This document shows, one piece after another, positions 6,219-12,057 of a stretch of 12,057 bases of DNA; the stretch's first letter is position 1, and each line of letters starts with the position of its first letter. Under the pieces are notes generated by a model. That model did no database searches. It was not told the DNA's origin and saw nothing but the letters and a program-made list of their open reading frames with translations. Location: assembly GCA_023129115.1 (NCBI GenBank), contig JAGMCR010000016.1:1-12057 (forward strand), read 5' to 3'. The translations under genes were made by a program, and so were the position numbers. The stretch comes from Candidatus Iainarchaeum sp. (GTDB taxonomy: Archaea > B1Sed10-29 > WALL01).

Positions 6219-6995
6219 ATGAAGACGTATGCCCAGGGAGCGACTGAGTACTTGCTTATCGCCATCGCCGTGATGGGCTTGATTGCGGGAGTGCTGATGA
6301 TTATAAATTCGGTGCTCGCGGCGCCTATGGACCAGCGGGGCGTGTCCCTGGACATTATCGAGTGCAGCAACGCGCACCTGCAGCTGAAGCAGTACACCGA
6401 GCCGTATGACGGCACGACTCTTACGGCGCCGGGCTCGATTTCGTATTACGGCGGCATCATGGAGAAGGGCGGCACGCCTATCCCAGCGTCAAAAGTGGCG
6501 GGCGAGGAAATGTGCAAGCTCCAAGGAAAATTCTGGCTCAGGTTCAGCCCCAACGACCGCACGGCATGGCTCCAGACCACCCAAACCACCTGGCTGGAAT
6601 ACAAAATCGGCGGCGGGAACGGGCCGGGGCCTAGCAGCATTGTGCTTTCGTTTGTTGGCAGCAGCCGCGGGGGAACTGAAAAGGGCTGCAATGGCGGGCC
6701 GACTATTGATGTTCCCGAATCCACCTCTGCAACTATCACGTTCGGGACAGACGAGAGCTTTGGGGGACCACCGCGGACAGCAGATGTCGGCTTGACTCTT
6801 GTCCAAGCAATGGGCGTCAGAATAAACGGAAATCCAGTAAAGAATTGCGCTGGATGCACTGACATCGTGAAATCAATACCCGTGGGCGAGAGCAAAAGCC
6901 CGGTAAGCTTCACTATCACAGTAGACAAGGACGGCTTTGGGCAGATTTGCGGCTCCGGGACAGGGAAAGAGCCAAACGCAACAGTATCGTGGTGA
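6219..6995 (+). CDS. Class III signal peptide protein (archaeal type IV pilin-like), 258 aa, two domains
   Basis: MKTYAQGATEYLLIAIAVMGLIAGVLMII matches the [G/A]-Q-x-x-x-E-Y prepilin cleavage motif plus hydrophobic helix; GGGNGPGP linker; Cys-containing C-terminal beta-rich domain. Confidence 0.8.
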   Translation: MKTYAQGATEYLLIAIAVMGLIAGVLMIINSVLAAPMDQRGVSLDIIECSNAHLQLKQYTEPYDGTTLTAPGSISYYGGIMEKGGTPIPASKVAGEEMCKLQGKFWLRFSPNDRTAWLQTTQTTWLEYKIGGGNGPGPSSIVLSFVGSSRGGTEKGCNGGPTIDVPESTSATITFGTDESFGGPPRTADVGLTLVQAMGVRINGNPVKNCAGCTDIVKSIPVGESKSPVSFTITVDKDGFGQICGSGTGKEPNATVSW

Positions 6996-7123
6996 ATAGA
7001 CAGGTTTTGCGTGGTTGTAGCAACGTTTATCCACTAACGCTCAACCGCACTCAACGCAAGGCCTGGCTCGAAACTACCACCTATAGACCTGATTTATACA
7101 ATGTGGGTGGCCCATTTCGTTAC

Positions 7124-7157
7124 TATCAAATAGATAGTCTTATATATCTATTTGATA
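7124..7157. promoter_or_regulatory. Perfect 13-8-13 inverted repeat overlapping the TA-operon TATA box (probable antitoxin operator)
   Basis: TATCAAATAGATA (7124-7136) GTCTTATA TATCTATTTGATA (7145-7157); TTATATAT at 7140-7147; SD-like GGAGGGT at 7167-7173. Confidence 0.7.
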
Positions 7158-7178
7158 TAATAATTTGGAGGGTTGAAC

Positions 7179-7442
7179 ATGGCAGATGTTTTGGTTCATT
7201 TGGACGGCGCAGTCGAAAAAACGCTTTTGAGGCTTGTGAACACGGGTTTTTTCAAAACCAAGTCCGAGGCTGTTCGAGCAGGGATTCTCGAGCTCGGGAA
7301 AGAATACCACGTAATAAAGTCCCGCGAAGAACGCATGGACGAGCTGGCCCTGGAAAAAATGCAGGGGATAGACGCAGAAATCAAGGGCGGCAAAAGAAAA
7401 ACATTCACCGAAAAACAAGTCGCCAAACAATACGGGTTTTAG
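7179..7442 (+). CDS. Ribbon-helix-helix (CopG-like) antitoxin, 87 aa
   Basis: VLVHLDGAVEKTLLRLVNTGFFKTKSEAVRAGI matches the RHH pattern LV..G.F...SE.VR.G; good SD; lies 2 nt upstream of the RelE-like gene. Confidence 0.8.
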   Translation: MADVLVHLDGAVEKTLLRLVNTGFFKTKSEAVRAGILELGKEYHVIKSREERMDELALEKMQGIDAEIKGGKRKTFTEKQVAKQYGF

Positions 7443-7444
7443 CG

Positions 7445-7717
7445 ATGAACGAATACTCGCTTAAATTCGACGAAAAATGGGACACTTACTTTTCCAAACT
7501 CGACAAAACCATGCAGAAACGCGTGTGGAAAAAAATACAACAATTGAAACAAACAACTTATTCAAGACACTTGAAGCTCGGCTTCCCCTTCTTCGTCACA
7601 GAAATCGGGCAATACCGCCTGTGCTACAAGATTGACGGCCAACAAAAAACCAAGACCATGTACTTCGTCGGCACCCACAAAGACTACGAAAAATGGACCG
7701 GAATAAAACTGTGGTGA
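7445..7717 (+). CDS. relE: RelE/ParE-superfamily toxin, 90 aa
   Basis: MNEYSLKFDEKWDTYFSKLDKTMQKRVWKKIQQLK...EIGQYRLCYKID.....MYFVGTHKDY: basic, with RelE size and pattern. It is the C-terminal part of track ORF 6947..7717. Confidence 0.8.
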   Translation: MNEYSLKFDEKWDTYFSKLDKTMQKRVWKKIQQLKQTTYSRHLKLGFPFFVTEIGQYRLCYKIDGQQKTKTMYFVGTHKDYEKWTGIKLW

Positions 7718-7779
7718 TACTACTTTGAAGCAGACTACACAAGTGGCTGAAACTTGGGCTTTATATACTCTTTTTGTAG

Positions 7780-7800
7780 TACTTTTTTATAAAAAAAGTA
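7780..7800. terminator. T/A-tract hairpin TACTTTTTT-ATA-AAAAAAGTA; possible bidirectional terminator or regulatory dyad
   Basis: 9-bp perfect arms at 7780-7788 and 7792-7800, with T-tracts on both strands downstream of relE. Confidence 0.4.
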
Positions 7801-7816
7801 GGCATTTGATGATATA

Positions 7817-7824
7817 TTTATATA
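7817..7824 (+). promoter_or_regulatory. TATA box (TTTATATA) of the surface-protein gene
   Basis: Consensus archaeal TATA about 28 nt before ATG 7852. Confidence 0.65.
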
Positions 7825-7851
7825 GTCCTTTCTATCTAAATAATTATTGCA

Positions 7852-10800
7852 ATGGAGCGGACGCGGAGATGTGTAATTGCGGCTGTGACGGCAATACTTT
7901 TCCTTAGCATGGCATTCGCTTTCATCGGCCCTGGCTTCGGCCAGCTCGTCAAGACAATAAAAGTAAACCCTGTCGAGAACACGATAGAAATCCAGGCGCC
8001 GGAAGCGGCGCCGACTCCTGTTCCCGAAGTGACCGAAGCAGAAAAGCAGGAAGAAACCACTGTGACCATTCCTGGCCCCGAAATACCGGTGCCCCCCGGC
8101 CCGCCAGACACTTCAGAAAGAATCACGTGCAAGGCAGGCGAATGCGGCTCGCTGAAGCACGGCCACGTCTTCCCTGTCGAGACCGCGGGCCTCACCCGCT
8201 TTGACTTCAGCGTGACGCCCCACGGCAACACCAAAAAAGTCGAGATTTACGTTTCCCCCGGCGGATTCTTCCACAAGATAGCAGAAGAAGGAATCCCCAA
8301 CCCCAACAAAAAAACCACGTTTACGGTCGTCACTAACCAGGACGTCGCCCAAGTGCTCATCCACATGCCCAACTCGCGCAACGCCCAGAGCACAACCCGG
8401 ATTAGCCCCCTGGACAGCGGCGGCCCAATGCCACTGGCGGCGCACACCTCGCTCTGGAGCGACACGTGCGGCAACAACATCGGGTACTCCAGCAACCCCA
8501 AGGAGCCGCACTGTGCGGCCACTGGCAAAAAGGACTGCTGCGCTTGGTACCAGCGGTGGCACGTCCACGACATGGGCACGCTCATCAGCCAGAACGTCAG
8601 CATAAACGTCGACTTCAAGTCCGGGCTCTACGCCGGCTGCACAGACACAGTCAACGTGACCACGTCCGCGAACAACGTGACCTGGGCAATCGCCGGCACG
8701 TTCCCCTCGACAAGCATCGACACTGACAACTCGCCGGGCTACCCCCAGTCCTGGGCCACAGAAAGCTTCACGATAAAAAACTATCCCACTCCATTCCGCT
8801 TCGTCAAGGTCGAAATCCCAAAGTGCGCAAACGACTGGTCCTACGTGACCGTGACCGACGCGCCCAGCAACCAGCCCCCGACCGCAAACTTCACTTCGCC
8901 GGACAGCGGCGCCAAGGGCAACAAAATCACGTTCAACGCGTCGGGCAGCACTGACCCCGACGGAAGCATCGCCTACTACACGTGGCAGTGGGGCGACTGC
9001 ACCACCACGAACACGACCGACGCGGTCGTGACGCACACGTTCAACTCGACCGGGGTCTTCACCGTCTCCCTCGTCGTCAAGGACGACGACCTGGCCGGCG
9101 ACTACGTGCGGAAGCAAATCAACATCACTTTTGACTGCACGCCACCGGACATCGAGATAATCGCGCCAGCCAACGGCACCGCCTTCGGTTACAACAACAT
9201 TGGCGTGTGGTACACCACGACTTCGACTGACGTGGCCTACGCACTCGTCGCAGTGGACGGCCGCACTTCCTGCCCCGAGCCGTACAACAACACGTGGAAC
9301 GACACCGGCGGCGGGCTCTGGTGCAAGGACCCCAACGGCTCCCCAACCGGGTTCAAGAGCCTGGCCGACGGCTGGCACGTGCTCCGCGTGCGGCACGTCG
9401 ACCTCTCGGAAAACATCGGGCCCGAGGACAACGTGACCGTGCTCGTGGACTCCCGCGCGCCTGTTGTTAACATCACTTCGCCGGCGAACGACAGTGTGTT
9501 CAGCGTGAATTGGGTCGAGGTCAACTTCACCACGCCGGACGGCGACGTCAAAAAAGTGGAGTACGCCATTGGCGGCGGCGCCTGGAAGGACACAGGCCTT
9601 GGCAGCATCAGCGCCGACACTGTTTACTCCCACAACTTCACGTTTGTCCCGTTCGGGGTGCACAGCCTCAAGATACGCGTGAGCGACAGTGGGCAGAGCG
9701 GGCAGGCCTACGTTACGGTCAACATTACTTCGACCGGCAACACGCCGCCGGTTGTCGTGATAAACGAGCCTGCAGAAGGCTCTTACCACTTGTTCCTGGA
9801 CCAGATTAACTTCACCGCCACTGACATCCAGACCTCACTCCTGAACTGCACTTACAAAATTGACGCCGGCCCGTGGAACAACAACCTCAACGCCACGAGC
9901 GGCGTGGCCAAGATACAGGCCATAACCAACCAGACGGTTGAGGCCACGCACATGGTTTACGTGAAGTGCGGCGACGGCACGCTCTGGTCCGACGTGGCAC
10001 AGGCAGAGTTCATAATCGACTTGACCGGCCCGGCAACAACGATTACTTACCCCGCCAACGGCGCGAACGTGAGCAGCGGGCTCATGGAGTACACTGCAAC
10101 GGACGCCGGGGTCGGAGTGGACTACTACGAGGTCAAGGCAGACGCCGGCGGCTGGACAATGAAGGCCGTGGAGACGCACACATTCACCCTACTGGACGGC
10201 GCGCACACGCTTTACACACGCGCCGTGGACAAGCTCGGCAACACCGGGGCCGCGGTCAACGTGAGCATCACGCTGGACACGGTTGCGCCGGGGTTGACCA
10301 TAACATTCCCCCTCAACAACACGAATACAACTGTGCAATCGGTTTCAGTGTGGTTCAGCTCGAGTTCTCCTGACGTGGAGCAGTTCTACAAGAAGCTTGA
10401 TGGCGGCGCGTGGATTCCAATTACTGGGAGCCCTGCAGCGTTCCCGAACATAAGTGACGGGACGCACTACAGGTACATCAAGGCCGTGGACTACGCGGGA
10501 AACGAGAACGTGTCGAACAACAAGATTAACATCAATGCGAACGGCCCAATCACGATAATCACTGCGCCGACTGGCGTGCCAAAGTACATTGTGGACGACG
10601 TGAACGTGTCGTTCGAGAGCAACGCCACTGACGTTGACAAGTTCCAGTACTCGTACGACGGCGCGAACTGGACTGACGCCGTGACCGGCGCGACGAACGA
10701 CACGACTTACATCCACGAGTTCACGAACGTGCCCGAGGGCGTTGGCAGCCTGTACATCCGCGGAGTCGACGACGTAGGCAACCACGGGCCGCCCACAAGC

Positions 10801-11271
10801 GTCACGGTCAACGTGAGCAGCATATTTACTAACTTGAAAGTGGACTTGATACTCCCCAGTAGTGGCATATCCTCAACTCCCTTCAGTGTGGGAGTAGCAG
10901 TAACCAACAACAACGAGGAATACATACCGATGGGTAACGTCGAAGTCAACATCACCACGCAGTGCGCCGTCAGTGGCACAAACCCTAAGATACTGGGTAG
11001 AATAAATACCAGCGATGGAAAAGATGGTAAATGGACACTAAGTTGCAGCACAGGTCTAGAGAACATCACCGGCTTCATGATTTACCGACCGACCAACCAA
11101 ACCAAGAGTGACACGTACGTGTTCGAAGTAAAGCCCTTGTCCGACACGCCTGGTGAGGAAAAAGAGGAACCCACGGGTGAAGTCTTTGACGTCCTCGGCG
11201 TGAAAATCAACCCGCTGGAAAACACGGTTACTTTCCCAGAGGATTCCACGACAGGGCTCCAGACCCCCTAG
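7852..11271 (+). CDS. Large secreted or cell-surface glycoprotein with possible discoidin/galactose-binding-like head, PKD domain and tandem Ig-like repeats, 1139 aa
   Basis: Signal peptide (..AVTAILFLSMAFA); Pro/Glu linker; Cys-rich head; PKD signature NQPPTANF..ITFNASGSTDPDGSIAYYTWQWGD (about 8869-9129); about six repeats starting D/N..P.(I/V).I..P; about 37 N-x-S/T sequons counted by eye. Confidence 0.88.
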   Translation: MERTRRCVIAAVTAILFLSMAFAFIGPGFGQLVKTIKVNPVENTIEIQAPEAAPTPVPEVTEAEKQEETTVTIPGPEIPVPPGPPDTSERITCKAGECGSLKHGHVFPVETAGLTRFDFSVTPHGNTKKVEIYVSPGGFFHKIAEEGIPNPNKKTTFTVVTNQDVAQVLIHMPNSRNAQSTTRISPLDSGGPMPLAAHTSLWSDTCGNNIGYSSNPKEPHCAATGKKDCCAWYQRWHVHDMGTLISQNVSINVDFKSGLYAGCTDTVNVTTSANNVTWAIAGTFPSTSIDTDNSPGYPQSWATESFTIKNYPTPFRFVKVEIPKCANDWSYVTVTDAPSNQPPTANFTSPDSGAKGNKITFNASGSTDPDGSIAYYTWQWGDCTTTNTTDAVVTHTFNSTGVFTVSLVVKDDDLAGDYVRKQINITFDCTPPDIEIIAPANGTAFGYNNIGVWYTTTSTDVAYALVAVDGRTSCPEPYNNTWNDTGGGLWCKDPNGSPTGFKSLADGWHVLRVRHVDLSENIGPEDNVTVLVDSRAPVVNITSPANDSVFSVNWVEVNFTTPDGDVKKVEYAIGGGAWKDTGLGSISADTVYSHNFTFVPFGVHSLKIRVSDSGQSGQAYVTVNITSTGNTPPVVVINEPAEGSYHLFLDQINFTATDIQTSLLNCTYKIDAGPWNNNLNATSGVAKIQAITNQTVEATHMVYVKCGDGTLWSDVAQAEFIIDLTGPATTITYPANGANVSSGLMEYTATDAGVGVDYYEVKADAGGWTMKAVETHTFTLLDGAHTLYTRAVDKLGNTGAAVNVSITLDTVAPGLTITFPLNNTNTTVQSVSVWFSSSSPDVEQFYKKLDGGAWIPITGSPAAFPNISDGTHYRYIKAVDYAGNENVSNNKININANGPITIITAPTGVPKYIVDDVNVSFESNATDVDKFQYSYDGANWTDAVTGATNDTTYIHEFTNVPEGVGSLYIRGVDDVGNHGPPTSVTVNVSSIFTNLKVDLILPSSGISSTPFSVGVAVTNNNEEYIPMGNVEVNITTQCAVSGTNPKILGRINTSDGKDGKWTLSCSTGLENITGFMIYRPTNQTKSDTYVFEVKPLSDTPGEEKEEPTGEVFDVLGVKINPLENTVTFPEDSTTGLQTP

Positions 11272-11278
11272 CTACGCC

Positions 11279-11300
11279 TTTTTCCTGATAATCTTTTCTT
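11279..11300 (+). terminator. Oligo-T terminator-like tracts
   Basis: TTTTT (11279-11283) and TCTTTTCTT (11292-11300) just after the stop codon. Confidence 0.4.
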
Positions 11301-11343
11301 AGGCGCCCCGGAACCCACCACGCTTTTAAAGCGGCGGTGCGTC

Positions 11344-11946
11344 GTGTTTCCTTGGTTATCCCCAAAACAAGAAAGGGCGAGTATTGTGTACGAAGAATTT
11401 GTTGGTAAAGAAGTGGTCGCCACTTATAGATTCCTAAGTGGAAACATAAAAGGCGTCGTTTCTCCGTTGCTTTCGGCCAACGACGCTGGCGTGGTTCTGG
11501 ATTGTGAAACTTTTAACACAAGATTCGTTACGTACCCGCTTATAGAAAATCTGCGGTTGCCGACTGATGGGGAGAAACAAGAAGAAAGAACACGGGTTAA
11601 AGAGTTGGATTCGAGCAAGGAATTAAAAGAATACCTCAAAGCGGTTCGTTTTGATAGCCTTGATGAGTTAAAGGGGAAGCAAGTACAAGCCCACATTGAA
11701 CGGCGGAAGAGGGGAGTACTTAACCGTATTTTGGTCATGTTCGGCAAGCGGAAGGCAATAGAAAACGTGCAATACACTGGGGTGTTGCTGTCGGTTGCTA
11801 AGGAGGGCATAACGCTTGAGGTTGAAGAAGAACGGATAGATGTTTACCAATCAAAGAAACTCAACAAGGTCATGTCTTTTCCCTTTTCCACGGCCTTCTG
11901 CCTCGACAGGGACGACGCCGAAGCGTCAAAGAAGTATCTTGGTTAG
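11344..11946 (+). CDS. Hypothetical protein with two internal repeats resembling Sm-like/RimP C-terminal beta-barrels; start uncertain (GTG 11344 or 11386)
   Basis: EEFVGKEVVA..G.....LLSANDAGVVLDCE....VTYP versus DELKGKQVQA....YTGVLLSVAKEGITLEVE....MSFP; visibly more AT-rich than the neighbours; TTTTAAA at 11324-11330. Confidence 0.65.
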   Translation: MFPWLSPKQERASIVYEEFVGKEVVATYRFLSGNIKGVVSPLLSANDAGVVLDCETFNTRFVTYPLIENLRLPTDGEKQEERTRVKELDSSKELKEYLKAVRFDSLDELKGKQVQAHIERRKRGVLNRILVMFGKRKAIENVQYTGVLLSVAKEGITLEVEEERIDVYQSKKLNKVMSFPFSTAFCLDRDDAEASKKYLG

Positions 11947-11964
11947 TGAGGGGGGGCGCATGAA

Positions 11965-12057
11965 TTGAACAAAACAAGTGCCGTTGCATTGCTTTTGCTG
12001 TTGGGAGTGGCGTTGGCAGGAAGCGCGCTTGAGAATAATGACTTCCACATTACTGTT
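11965..12057 (+). CDS. 5' end of a secreted or membrane protein (partial, TTG start)
   Basis: (M)NKTSAVALLLLLGVALA-GSALENNDFHITV, open to the window edge; signal peptide; G-rich SD-like GAGGGGGG upstream. Confidence 0.6.
   Translation, partial: MNKTSAVALLLLLGVALAGSALENNDFHITV

Noticed and set aside
6947-7444. 256-aa ORF fusing upstream sequence to RelE
   Set aside because: Crosses the promoter and overlaps the antitoxin out of frame; RelE-like sequence begins at ATG 7445.
7064-7754. TGGCTCGAAACT / TGGCTGAAACT as direct repeats flanking the TA module
   Set aside because: Short, gapped and without extended similarity; may be chance.
8113-9789. 558-aa - strand ORF and other long antisense ORFs
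   Set aside because: Expected shadows of GC3-biased sense genes; Val/Gly/Arg-rich with no motifs.
7852-11271. Diversity-generating retroelement target or template (many AAC codons)
   Set aside because: AAC richness is explained by glycosylation sequons; no reverse transcriptase and no TR/VR pair differing at adenines was seen.

Overview
Archaeal DNA, probably from a DPANN-like lineage (inferred from TATA/BRE promoters about 25 nt before start codons, a class III signal peptide, a sequon-rich surface glycoprotein and compact genes). Left: a minus-strand operon with 4-nt stop/start overlaps, arcC (carbamate kinase) > lysC'-'asd in-frame fusion > lysA > dapF (partial), i.e. a diaminopimelate lysine operon that appears to carry a large internal deletion. 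It shares one bidirectional TATA box with a divergent membrane-protein gene. Centre: a fic gene with an N-terminus resembling that of IS1634-type transposases. It is bracketed by two copies of a 47-bp dyad element (GTAGTGCCTAC-N25-GTAGGCACTAC): one encloses the promoter, the other supplies the stop codon and a T-tract. This cassette-like unit is the most unusual feature. Then uppS, a pilin-like protein, an RHH/RelE toxin-antitoxin pair with a 13-8-13 inverted repeat, a 1139-aa PKD/Ig-repeat surface glycoprotein, a possible tandem Sm-like-fold protein and the start of a secreted protein. No RNA genes or CRISPR arrays were seen.
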